From the NCBI RefSeq assembly GCF_009914755.1, contig NC_060938.1: a stretch of 64,000 bases of DNA. One strand, written 5' to 3'. The position numbers and the translations under genes are program-made. The notes beneath the pieces are model-generated. The model was not told the origin of the DNA and made no database searches. It worked only from the letters and a program-made list of their open reading frames with translations. Below are positions 26,640-38,910 of this stretch, in pieces (positions within the stretch are counted from its first letter, which is position 1; each line of letters starts with the position of its first letter). The DNA comes from the human T2T-CHM13v2.0 reference genome, Homo sapiens.

Positions 26640-26800
26640 CTGCAGCAGCTCCAGGGCTGACATCTGTGTTGAGTGGGTTCTGGGCCTGTCCTGCAGCTCT
26701 GCCCTCACCCTGCAGGGGAGGAAGCTGTTTGGGCTCACAGAGCATATTCTCCCAATGTCGCTCCCCCAGAATGAAGGGGCTGTCCCCTGGTTCATAATCC
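26640..26800 (-). pseudogene. Second degraded VH FR3-end/RSS relic, paralog of 17320-17500
   Basis: cccagaatgaaggggctgtcccctggttcataatcctc aligns with cccagcatgaagtggctgtgtcctggtttagaattctc; gggctcac spacer and cctgcaggg flank are retained. Confidence 0.4.
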
Positions 26801-27199
26801 TCTCTCAGCAGCATCTAATGCTTTCGAAATTGTCTCTTGAAACAGTGATTTGTCATTACTATACCCAGTAAACTGCAGAGAGAGCCCAAGCACAGATTCA
26901 TGAAACCACCAGAGAGTCACTTCCCTGGGACTGTCAGATGCAATGACACAGTCAAGATACATGGTGAGTCCAGAAACTTTCGGATAATTCATAGGAGCCT
27001 CTTATTTCTCTTACAATTCTCTATTCAAAGGTCATGCCAAATAGTATCTTCGCAGAGAGAACTACATGGCTTAAAGCCCACAGAAATGAAAACATGCATG
27101 TACACACACATATACACCCCCCGCCACACACACACACACTCACAGAGTGGTATGGCTGATTTTTACAGTAATTGGCTCCTAATTTGGGATCTTTCCTAG

Positions 27200-28993
27200 T
27201 GTAAACCGAAGGTTTCTGAGACAGATCTTAATCAAATTAAAATTAATTTTCCCAAAGGAAATTATGTCTTTCCAGGACATGCCTGGAAGAAAAATAAAAG
27301 TAATCACAGAAACTGTGTGTGGTTAGTGCCATTCCCCAAAGACAATTTTTAGGGCTTTCAATATATAAAGAGGAAAAGCTGGGTAAGGGGAAATTTGGAT
27401 GGTATGAAAATTTACATGTGTAATGAAAAAGAAGCATATAGGAAAATATAAAATTATGTAGTTCTCCTGCAGTAAGTCAGCACTTTCCCATGCTGTTCTC
27501 ATGATAGTGAATAAGTCCCATTAGATCTGATGGTTTTATCAAGGGGAGTTCCCCTGTGCAAGCTCTCTCTTGTCTGCCACCATGTAAGATGTCCCTTGCT
27601 TTCCTGACATGATTTTGAAGCATTCCCAGCCATGTGGAACTATAAGTCCATTAAACCTCATTGCTTTATAAATTACCCAGGCTTGGTTATGTTTTTATTA
27701 GTAGCAGGAGAACAGACTAATACATTTATTTTGCCAAAGTTAAGAACCCACCCATGACCAGCCTCAGGAAGTCCTGAGACATGTGCCCAAGGCGATTGAA
27801 GTACAGCTTGATTTTATACATTTTAGAGAGACATGAGACATCAATCAATATATGTAAAATGTACATTTTTTTTCCTTCAAGACAGGACAAATTGAAAGGG
27901 GGTTTTGCAGTTTAGAAGTAGATAAGACACAGTAGGTTGCATTATTTTAAGTCCTTTATCAGCCTACCACTGAATCCACAATTTAGTCAGACTTAGTGAA
28001 TCTTCATTTTTTCATAAATGATACTGAAGAGGAAGCAATCAGATATGTATCTGTCTCGTGTGGGCCTCAGAGGAATCACTTTGAATAGAATGGGAGGCAG
28101 GTTGCCCAAAGCCCTCTCCAGTAAAGCACCTTTGTTATCTGGAATATCACCAAAGGTTCTTTGTGTCGTGGCTATGAAAATCAAGGACACAGACACACAA
28201 AGAGTGAGGTTAGAGCAGAAATTTAATGTGTAAAAGGAAAAAAAATCTCTCTGTCACAGAAAGGGTCCCAGATGGGTTGCTGTGCCGCAGTAAAATGTAA
28301 GGATTTTTATAAATGTGCTCGTGGGGAGACAGTATCTTATCAACGTAAGGATTTTTATAAATGTGCTCGTGGGGAGATGGCTTCTTATCAACATAAGGTG
28401 CAAAAGCAGGACCAGGTGTGCCATCTGCAGAGAGCGAAGTCTCTGGCAGCCCCATCTCATGCTTTTATTATGCAGGTGGGGACTTAGCTTGGTCTGCTCC
28501 ACGTTCCTTATCTCCTTCCACCATGCATGTGCTGAAAAAGGGGGGAGGAGTTTCCATGCCAGGTCCCTGGTACCTCCTTGCAGCTGGAGGCATCCCAAAC
28601 CCCGTGCAAGCTAACAGCTTTCCTATCTCAGTGTGACCCCAGAAAAGGAAAGGAATGTGCTCATTAAGACCCAATGTTTTTATTGGGACCCATCCTATGT
28701 ATGTGAACTTTGGTGATTACACACAGAAATACCCTCTCTGCCAGAGTTGTTTATCTATGTTTTACAGCCCGATCTTTCAGGCTGCTCTTTGTTAGAAGTG
28801 ATCTCTTTGAACTGTGTCTGATTAGAAAAGAAGTTATTTCTGAGCTAATTCTTGTGAGAAGAAAAGTTTTGCCAGAGACTCTTTCATCCTAACTATCTAC
28901 CTAAATAATTTCTTTCTATCTCCTATTACACCAGCTGGACTCTTCTCTTTAGCTTAGTGATTTTGGGGTCTCAAGATTTATTTTCTCTTCACA
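27200..28993 (-). mobile_element. MER4-type LTR with nested insertions (THE1/MST piece about 27490-27724; another ERV1 LTR about 28122-28930)
   Basis: Termini tgtaaacc…ttttctcttcaca with approximate TSD ctag/atag. MER4 sequence resumes after each insert. The inner LTR is flanked by ccag/ccag and carries a 48-bp tandem duplication (28297-28392). Confidence 0.65.
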
Positions 28994-29036
28994 ATAGGCA
29001 GGTACAAAAGGAGACTTCGTATGTAGTTAAGTTGCT

Positions 29037-29404
29037 TGTATCAGTCCATTTTCAGGTTGCTATAAGGACATACACGAGGCTGGGTAATTTTTAAAGAAAA
29101 ATAGGTTTAATTGACTCACAGTTCTGCATGGCTGGGGAGGCCACAAAAAACTTACAATCATGATGAAAGGGGTAGCAAACACATGCTATTTCACATGACT
29201 GCAGGAGAGAGAAGTGTTAAGTGAAGAGGGAAGCCCCTCATAAAATTATCAAATCTTGTGAGAACTCACTCACTAACAGGAGAAAAGCATGAAGAAAACA
29301 GCCCCTATGATTCAATTATCTCCACCTCATTCCACCCTTGCAATGTGTGAATTATTACAATACAAGGTGAGATTTGGGTAGGGACACGGAGCCAAACCAT
29401 ATCA
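29037..29404 (-). mobile_element. THE1 solo LTR
   Basis: tgtatcagtcc…ccaaaccatatca with TSD ttgct/ttgat. Confidence 0.85.
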
Positions 29405-31659
29405 TTGATTTTGTTTTCTTTTAGAATTTACATTGTCTAGCTGTAAGAAAGCACAGTTTAACTTCTGCTGATTTCAAGCCAGGAAAAATATTTAAAAAGG
29501 GAAATAACTGAAAACATTATTTTGGAGACTCGTGCAAAGATACGCTTTAAAATTCAGTCCAAATTGTAGAAAATAATATAAATTGAAAAGCAAGTGGACA
29601 AGGTTAAAATCTATTAACTGATGCACTATAGTTTATTTTGAAATAATATTTCTCTCTATAATTCCCCAATTTTATTAGACACAAAATCATAGTAGGACTA
29701 ATCTATTTGTAAAATCAGTTTTAGGCTTATGAGACTTGGCCTGGTTTTTTTGTATAAGATGCAGCAAAGTAATCCTTTAACATATTAGCTCTCTTTTTGT
29801 TTTCTATTTTTTGTTTGTACATAGGCAATTTTATTCATAAATTGACTTTGCTGGAAATTTTTTATAAGGAATCAAAGGGTAGAATCTTTAAAATCTTCAA
29901 GCCCAGCCAATATTTTATCTGTGCCACCAGATAGCTATGTGAATTGGGTTACTTTCTCTTTTTTCAAGTTTCCAAGAAAACCTGGGAGTCCTGGGTCTGT
30001 CAGAAATTAAATTGTTTACTTACTACAGTTCGGGGCCCTGTAAAAAAAAAAAAATGTGCATGCCAGTTTTCCCAAGGGGCTTTATCAGCTCTCCAGGTTA
30101 GATTCATTTTATAAAGTAAATCTGAAAATATATAATTCAAGTTAAAGCCTTAGTAAAATGACCATTGTCTCCAATTGTGCCCTGTTATGGAAGAAAGCAG
30201 GTTTTTATTGAACCTATGCAAATAACTATTTTGATATAAGAATACTCACAGTTTCCAAATTTTGGAGAAATTATGTAAATAAGAAGATATTATGTTTTTA
30301 TTTTTTTATCAGTAAAGTATACCATACTCAATTGTTAACAACTGTGAAGAGCTTAAAAGACAAACTTTTCCTGATTCTGAAAAAACAGAACATAAGTAAT
30401 TAGCAAATGCATTAAAGAATAAGCCATAAAAACAATTTCAGTCTTCTGTCAATTCAGTTCATGCAATTAAGTCCTGTCCTGCTTAATATTAGATTAACAA
30501 TCATCATAAATGAATCAGGTATCAATGAGAGTCATGGAAGTTTTAATCTCTATACCAATGGCACAATTTATAAAATTGTCACAATCGTATATTTGAGTAC
30601 TCCTCAAAATTCTATAGATTACTATAAGCCACCTGATAAAGAATCAAAGTAAAACACCAACTGTGGATGACTGAAGTTTTAGAATAGCCATGGTTAAAGA
30701 CAGAATTGAGGAGAAGATTTGCTTATTTCTGCAATAAACAGAAATTTTACATAATAATCATAAATACTACTGATAAAATATACTAAGACATATCAAATCA
30801 CTTGAATCTCATACAATTTTGGAAAATATACTCTTTAATTTATATAAATATAGTCCAATTATATAGTCCACATTTATTTAAATATAGTCCAAAGTTAAAC
30901 ACTTTTGCAAATTTGACATTGCTTCCTGCATATTTTAATTATACCAAATAAGCTGAATATGTTTAATTTTGGCTTTGGGGACCTAATATCATAAAAGAAT
31001 AATGAGGTCAAATGACTGAATTTAGAATTTTATTTTGTGAAGTTTGTCAAATATCAAAAGTTTACAATGCTTGATATTACAAAATAGGATTACAGATTGC
31101 TGTAATGTAAGTTATTTATTTAGCCCAGTGAGAACTCAGTGATTTTGAAAGAAAGCAAAAACTTTTATTTTTCAAAGAGAAGAATTAATTTTCTAAACAA
31201 TAGCCCCTTATAAGAACAGCATGAGAGAAGTTAAAACTGTCTCTCAATTCTGAAAAATAAATCTATTACATTATAATTACTTTTACCATAAAATTTAATT
31301 TCAAATGATCTCTTATAAACTTTTATAAGTTTTTCAAATTAAAAAGTGGATTAATTCTTCAAGAAACCCTTGTCAATCTGACACATGGCCCAGCTACTAG
31401 CCTGGCATTAGTGTGCCTTTAATATTAATGTTTACTGTATAAAGAAACTCTCAAGTAATTTCATCTTTCAAAATTAGCTTTTACAATCTTACAAACCGCT
31501 TCTTCTGTAACAGTCCCTGGGCCTGGAGTGGTTGAGTAGATTCAATTTTCCGGCCTTGTGTCTTAAGTGTGTGATTAATTTTTATTGTCATTTTCTTCCA
31601 CATCTCTAGATGGGGCTTCAATTGCTGTCAGAGTTTAAAATTTAGCAAGACTCGGTGTC

Positions 31660-31937
31660 TTTTTTATTTTTATTGTATTTATTTGTTTTTCCTGAGACAG
31701 AGTCTCACCCAGGCTGGAGTGCAGTGGTGTAATCTCGGCTTACTGTAACCTCTGCCTCCCAGGTTCAAGCAATTCTCCCTGCCTCAGGCTCCCAAGTAGT
31801 TGGGATTACCTGCGCCCGCCACCACGCCCAGCTAATTTTTGTATTTTTTATTAAAATGAGATTGTGCCTTTTTGGCCAGGTTCGTCTCTAACTCCTGCCC
31901 TCAGGAGATCCACCCTCTGAAGCCTCCCAAAGTGTTG
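31660..31937 (-). mobile_element. Alu element
   Basis: T-rich tail, then tgagacagagtctcacccaggctggagtgcagtgg…ctcccaaagtg. Confidence 0.9.
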
Positions 31938-32966
31938 TGTATCCTTTTTAGACCTAGGAATCAAAGATCAGTAATGTAGCAGGACAAGTCCTTTAAAAGT
32001 TATGCAGATAGTTACATTAACGTAATAACAATAATTTATATTTTCTCAAAATCTCAGTATTCCTAAGTAGTTGAAAAACTTAAAAACAGCTACAGAGGAA
32101 GTATTTCAAGAAAATATAAAATTTGTTTTATGCCAGTTACCAAATGGGAAAAAACACCTTCAGCAGTGTGACTGTGTTTCCCTGTGGGGAAATCCATGCA
32201 GATAACCTGCAAGTCAACTCTAATGAAACAAAGTATTTGATTAATTAGACATAGGAAGAATGTGTCTTGGATTACAAGTGAAGATTTTGGTTCCATAGAC
32301 AAATATAGACATTTAAAAAAACCCAAGAGTGCAGAATACTATATTGAAATAAAACATTTTATTAAGAACTTTAATATAAAAGATTTTTAGCATCAGGCAA
32401 TAATAGCAGTTAGAAGCTAACAACAGTTAGAAGTTAACATCGTTAGAGGCTAACTGCTGTAAGAAAAAAAATGTTAGAGGAGCTCATGAAAAATTTGAGA
32501 TCCTCTCAAGCCTTCTCAAAAGAGAATAAAATAAAACTGGCAAGATGCAGTAAGAGTTAAACTTTTGGGTTAAAAAATTAAAATATCTTATAATTTTATT
32601 GAGTAAATCAATACTTTAAGACAATTTTTCATTCTAACCAATCTTTAGTATATTTATATATTTTTATATGAAAGCCAGATCTCTACAAATCTATAAAGAC
32701 TATTATAAATACTTCCTTTTTAATTATAGTCAACTTCATAATATGAAGTTATTTTAATTAATTAACTTTTTACAAACCTTAGTTTGACTTACACAAAACG
32801 CTTATGGCATACTTGAGCATATAGTTTTATTCTAAACATCACTGTTTCTTAAATAAAGTCATTTTTATTTTAGGATAAAAAGTTACAAGATTCTTTCTCA
32901 TATAAAATTATTTTTTTTTATTTTAACCTTTCATACCAAAAGTACTCCTCTATGTCTAAAAATTTC

Positions 32967-33032
32967 TTTTCTTTTTTTTTTTTTGAGACAGAATCTTGCT
33001 CTGTCACCCAGGCTGGAGTGCAGTGGCATCTC
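32967..33032 (-). mobile_element. Severely 5'-truncated Alu
   Basis: Poly-T followed by gagacagaatcttgctctgtcacccaggctggagtgcagtggc. Confidence 0.8.
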
Positions 33033-34734
33033 TCTTATTTACTGGTTATGTTTAGGATGTTTTATAAGTAACCTCTGAATTAAATAAAATCTTTCTGTAA
33101 GAACAAATTTTTTACAAAAATATTTTCTTATAGTATACATTTTTTAAAACAATTAGTAATGACCTAAACATTTAGTTAATATCTATTATTTAATTAAACT
33201 TTAGATTTTTAAATTGTAGAACAAGTTTATTTAAAAGGTTTATTTTGTTACATTAACCTAATTTATTTTTTAAATAGCTTACCTAGATCATTTATGAAAA
33301 CAGTAATACTCATCCTTTAAAGTTTTTTCCCTGTTACCCATATTATAACCCATGAATTTCAGGTGTTTACCTAAGTAAAATTCTTATTAAATAAATGATT
33401 GTATTTCCAATAACTATTTACCTGTTTTTTATTAAAACAACAGTATTAAACATCTTATTTGTCAAATTACAAAGATCATTCTGGTTTTAACTAGGTTAAT
33501 AATTTTATAATCTTCATAGAAATGTTTCACACCATATAATATCTAGCTGTGATTTTAAATATAAAATCACTTGATCAATTGATATAAACTATGAGGTATT
33601 CTAATAATTGTTAAAATATTTCCAATTTTATTTTACCAATAATTTTGAAGCCAGCTTATTTATTACATATTTATTTAAGTTACATGTACTTCAGATGCAT
33701 TAGGGCTCATTGACTTAATTTAAAATAGTTATTTATTTTAAAGTCAATTTTGTACCTTGTAGCCATAACACATAACAAAAAATATATATATATGTACATA
33801 ATACATACAAGCACACATTCACACTAATACAAAGATACTAGAGCTTTTACTTTAAAACTCTAGCTGTGGAATATCAATAGAAACTCAACAGATGTTCAAC
33901 AAAAAAGGGTCAGATGTAAACAGTGGTTGTCATCTTAAAACCAGTAGAAAGGCCCTGTAAACTGGAAAACAAAATATTTTTAAGCAAAAAACATATCTTC
34001 ATCTTTCTTAATAAACTTCACCATAAATTGATTATACTCTCTTACTATTCTAATTTTTAGTAACCCTAATTCACAGTGAGAAGCCTAGGATTACTTAATT
34101 TAACATGACATGACTTTAAGATTTTTAATTACTGAAGATAATTATGAGACTAAATTTACCAAATTAATATTTGTAAAGCAATGTAAAATGTAAAGGTGAC
34201 TCTAAAAAATAGATGTACATTTTCTTTACAAAGCATTTCATTAAACAGACTTAACTTGATTGCAGATCTTTGAAACACAGCTTGATTACATTACTGCCCT
34301 TAGAGTGGGACCATTTAAGAAAAAGGACCAAGAAAACAGGCAGTTTTTAATTCATAAACTACAATTGCTTACGCAAATGTGCAAAGAAATGAGTAGCCTT
34401 CTATAGTGATGACCATTTCCTGTAAACTGCCCTCAGCCACACCTAACATAGCTTTCAAAGCCACCCCTAAAATTACAGGTTTCATTCACTATTGCACACA
34501 CCATGAATGAATCCTCTCAAAGTACAATGTAATTCTGGTAGCATCCAAAGCCAAAAACATTACATAATCCAAGAAAGCAGAGCTTTATACTTGCTCTGCT
34601 TTGTACCGAAGAATCAGCCAATAATTGAAACCACAAAGGAAGCAGAAAAACTCCCAACATGTTAGTGGCAAGATACAAGAGGAACCCTCCTCCCTGCTCC
34701 CACTCAGGGACCTGATGTGGAGCTGCCTCCTAAG

Positions 34735-35772
34735 GGAGCAGTGGTGTCCTCAGTGCTCCCTGGTTTCCTGGGCACCCCCTGGTGTCCTGAGTACCCCCGG
34801 TGGTTGTGAGTGTCCCCCGGTTTACTAAGCACGTCGTTGTGTCCTGTGAGCCCCTTGTTGTCCTCAACGCACCCTGGCGTTCTGATCGCCCCCTGTAGGT
34901 CCTGAGCTATCCTTTGTGTCGTGTGCGCTCCTGGAGGTCCTGAGCACCCCCCGGTGTCCTGAGCACAGCCTGGTGATTCTGAGATCCCCCTGGTGTCCTG
35001 AGCGCCCACTGGTGGTTCTCAGCACTCCCTATTGTCCTTAGCAGCCCCCTGGGGTTCTGAGCACCCCTGGTGGTTCTCAGCACACTCTAGTGGTTCTGAA
35101 CCACCTGGTGTCCCTATCGCCCCCTGGTGTCCTGAGCGCCCCCTGGTCTCCTGAAAACCCCCTAGTGGTTCTGAGCCCCCTGGGGTCCTAATCTCCCCCT
35201 AGTGGTTCAGAGACCCCTGGTGTCCTGAGCACCTCCTGGTGGTTCTGAGATCCCCCTGGTGTCTTGATTGCCCTTTGGTGTTTCTGAGCTCCCCCTAGTG
35301 TCCTGAGGGCTCCCTGGTGTCTCGAGTGCCCCCTGGTGGTTCTGAGTGACCACCCCCCCCCCCCCCCCCGCCACCAGTGTCCTGAGTGTCCCCTGGTGGT
35401 TCTGAGTGACCCCCCCCCCCCAGTGTCCTGAGCGCCCCCTGGTGGTTCTGAGCACCCCTGCTATCCTGAGCTACCCCTCACCACCGTGTCCGGAGCGCCC
35501 CCTGGTGGTTCTGAGTGACCACCCCCCCTCATAGTGTCCTGAGCGCCCCCTGGTGGTTCTGAGTGACCCCCCCCCCCCCCCCCCCGCAGTGTCCTGAGCG
35601 CCCCCTGGTGGTTCTGAGTGACCCCCCCCCCCCCCCCAGTGTCCTGAGTGCCCCCTGGTGGTTCTGAGTGACACCCCCCCCCCAGTGTCCTGAGTGCCCT
35701 CTGGTGTCCTGAGCATCCCCTGATGGTTCTGAGTGCCCCCTGATGTCCTGAGCACCCCCTGGTGGTTCTGAG
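34735..35772 (-). repeat. Minisatellite of 19-20-bp CTCF-core units (about 50 monomers) with poly-C-expanded units
   Basis: Alternating gagcgccccctggtggttct / gagcaccccctggtgtcct units; exact CCACCAGGGGGCGC (minus strand) at 35432, 35495, 35543 and 35598. Confidence 0.92.
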
Positions 35773-35813
35773 AAGCATCTACCAGGCAGTCCCCTCCTGT
35801 CTCCCTGCAGGGA

Positions 35814-35852
35814 GGTTGGTGTCTGAGTTCACACAGATGTCCCCTCACTGTG
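35814..35852 (-). promoter_or_regulatory. Near-canonical 23-RSS of IGHV(III)-13-1
   Basis: CACAGTG (35852-35846), 23-bp spacer, ACACCAACC. Confidence 0.85.
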
Positions 35853-36251
35853 TCCCTCAAAGTAATACACGGACTTTTCCTGAGCTCTCAGGTTAATCAT
35901 CTTAAAAGAGAATCTCCTGAACTGAGTGTATTTGAGGATTGTTAATCATCTTTTTACTCAAGGAGAGTCCCACTGAGAACTTCTATTTGAATTATTGTTA
36001 TTACCCACACCCACCCCTGTCATGAAGCCTGCTGGATCAAGCTTATGCTGTTTTCAGTGAAAGTGAATCCAGAGGCTTTGCAGAAAAGGCAGAATTCCTG
36101 GTCTGTAGTATTTCTCTGTCTAACTCCATTAGTTAACTTCACAGGGGACTTCTGAAAACACAGAGGCAACAGCCACAGCAGGGCCTGATCCACGGGGAAC
36201 CTGAACATTGAGAGTGATGACAAGAGCAGCCCAGATCTGCACAGACCCCAT
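35853..36251 (-). pseudogene. IGHV(III)-13-1: Clan III VH pseudogene (stops, frameshifts, YYC to YYF)
   Basis: ATG at 36251, acceptor at 36153-36152, FCKASGFTFTENSISLIQQAS*…VYYFEG, then RSS; decayed octamer ATGGAAAT at 36352-36359. Name assigned from position. Confidence 0.85.
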
Positions 36252-36766
36252 GGTGTGGACACTGAGGAAGGGCACAGATGTGGGATGGCTCCTCACCAGG
36301 ATCTACAGGAACAGGGGATGAGCTACTTTTCATTTGCAGAGGAGGGGCCTCATTTCCATGTCTTTCTCCCTGGGGACATGAGTGCACTGCTCAGCAGGCC
36401 TCTTCCCATCTCTGTCTCTGGATTCCAGGGAGGGCAGGGTCAAAGACTCCTGGGACTGGATTTGCAGGGTTGATCTGCCCATTACTCTTTTTTTCTCGTA
36501 TGTGGACCCTATAGGCTATCTTTGTAGTATCAATATTTATCAACAAATAAGTACAGTAAACAAATAAAAATAAACCTTGCCCAGAGGAAATGGACTCCTG
36601 CCTGTAGGCTGTGCAATTAGAGCTGTAAAGGACTGTCTTCTACAATAAAGGAAAGTCTTCAGTCAGAATTTTAAAAATGACAATTTCTACAAACTATCAG
36701 AGCTGGAGTCCATAATTACCACTATCCTGAGCTCATTTTGCCACATAACTGTTCGTTGTCAGCTAT

Positions 36767-36950
36767 ATGTGCTTGTCTGAGGAAAAAGTCAATGTGGGGA
36801 CATGTGTGCTTATCTGAGGGAAGAGTTCACATGAAGACAGGGGTGCTTGTCTGAGGGAAGAGTCAACCTGAGGATGTGTTTGTTTGTCTGAGGGAAAGGT
36901 CCATGTGGGGACAGGTGTGGGCATTGTCTGATGGTAAATGCCCATTCAGA
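36767..36950. repeat. About 37-39-bp tandem repeat, about 5 copies
   Basis: Recurrent (t/g)gtgcttgtctgaggga(a/g)…gt…atgtggggac units. Confidence 0.75.
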
Positions 36951-38910
36951 GATGGTGTGTGCCTGCACTGAGCTGAAGTTTGAGGGAAATCTTTCTCAGT
37001 CAAAGGAAGTTGCGAATCATCTGGCTTAAATGCTTGTCAGCAGGGAAACTTGGTTGCACATGAACCTGATAAAAGAAAGGTCTCTTGTGAATGGAAACAT
37101 CTTATGTGCAAATGGGGAAGGTTACTTCATTCTTTGTTGCCTGCATCTCATGCAATTCCCTGCCCACGCGGTGTAAATGTATTTGATATTTTATTTTTGT
37201 ACACTTTGCATGTTCATGATGTGCTACATAATTTTGTAAGTTGTATATATTTAGATTCACAGTTTACATCATAAAATTGTGAGAATTAACAAATTGTGTC
37301 ATGTGTTCACTACTGCAGATCATAAAAAATTTCACTGTTTGCAAACAGTACCTGTTTCTCCTAATGCATACCCTCTCTCTAAATTTCTAGAAAATCCTCA
37401 TATATTTATGACATCTACAGTTTTGTCTTTTACAGAATGTCAAATAAAATGTATACAACATATTTCAAATAACCTCACTGAAGAAGGTGGCACATAAAGT
37501 TTCTCACCTATATAACTTAGAACTCAGGGTGTTCTGTAAGTCTAAAGTATAAAGAAACTGCACTTAAACACTTTATTCTAGTCAATAAACATACTTCCAA
37601 CAGGGGTACAAGTTAACAATTCTAATACCACGACGCATATATTCTAAAATTGTACAACAAATTGAATGAACGGCAAATGATGGGAGGGGTTCCTCACTTT
37701 GCAGTAGGTGGTATGGACAGGCAAGGAAGGAAGGCTTGAAACATTCATGTATCATCATAGTAGATTGTAGATACCAGTGTTCTAAAGTTTGATGCAATAA
37801 ACATACAGAAGATTGGATACATAAATAGATTAGATGGGTCAGTTAACATGGGTTAATATACACATACACATTTTCTAGGCCTGTTAGCTTAGAGATTCTA
37901 GAAACACTGACAGTACATTAACAACACACACATCCAACATCATAATTTTGTGTTTTAATATAATTCTTTAATATCAGGGACCAGTAATCCTTGGAGAAAT
38001 AACTGATTCTATGTGTGGAAAAGATAATAGAGATAATGAGCTTAGTATTTCTTGTAATACCAGGAAATAGGGAAGTGATCAAAAACAAAAGGATGGGGCA
38101 TGCTGTAAAAATACAGAATCCAAACTAAATGAGCTCACAGAACCTAAAAAAAAGCTGTGGTGATTTGAGCGATAAAATAAATAATGTAGCACTAGATCTT
38201 CTCCATAGTAAAAAATAAACATTCATGAGCCAATACTGATATTAACAGATTATTGAATACAGAAAATTAGAAAAAAGGCACCTTCCATTCAGAAGAATTC
38301 TAAACATCTTAAGTTAATAATCTTCTCATCAAATAGGAGAAATTTAAATGCTTATGCTGTGATTGTGGCCTGAGATTGGAGACAAGAGAAAAATCCTGTT
38401 AGTGGAATTCATAATTAGTTTTTAGATATGATGCCAAAAGTATGATTTATGAAATAATTATTTTATCTAAGTTTACACACACACACACTATATATATATA
38501 TATATATATATGCACACACACATATATATGTATATAAATATTTTTCTCCCACAGACACTGATATGGGAGTAAAACGACAACAACAATTTGGAGAATACAC
38601 TTGTAAAACACATATTTGTTAATCAATTTTTTGTTAACTTTGTGAGTGACTTATATAATGGGTATATAAGGAAACTTACAACTGATCAAAAAGAAACAAT
38701 GCAATAAAAAATAATCCAAATACCATACGAGACACTTCATCACAATTATATAAAATAATTAAATACAAAATTTTAATTAGAAATATGTGCATTTAAACAG
38801 CAATGAGCTATCACTACTAATCTATTAGAATATTAAAATACACAATACTCTTAGTGCCAAATGGCAATGAGGATGCGGAAGAACAAGATCTATCATGCAT
38901 TGCTGGCATG

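Larger units (their letters stand above)
29405..34620. mobile_element. AT-rich ERV1 (MER4-group) internal-like sequence with Alu insertions
   Basis: Long non-coding AT-rich tract resembling non-autonomous MER4-group internal regions; no long ORF. Family assignment is from recall only. Confidence 0.45.

Noticed and set aside
34735-35772. CRISPR-like repeat-spacer appearance of the arrays
   Set aside because: Human DNA, no unique spacers and no cas genes; the intervening segments are degenerate copies of the same unit.
34704-35860. Gly/Pro/Thr-rich repetitive ORFs
   Set aside because: Translations of the CTCF-core minisatellite; no promoter or splice evidence.
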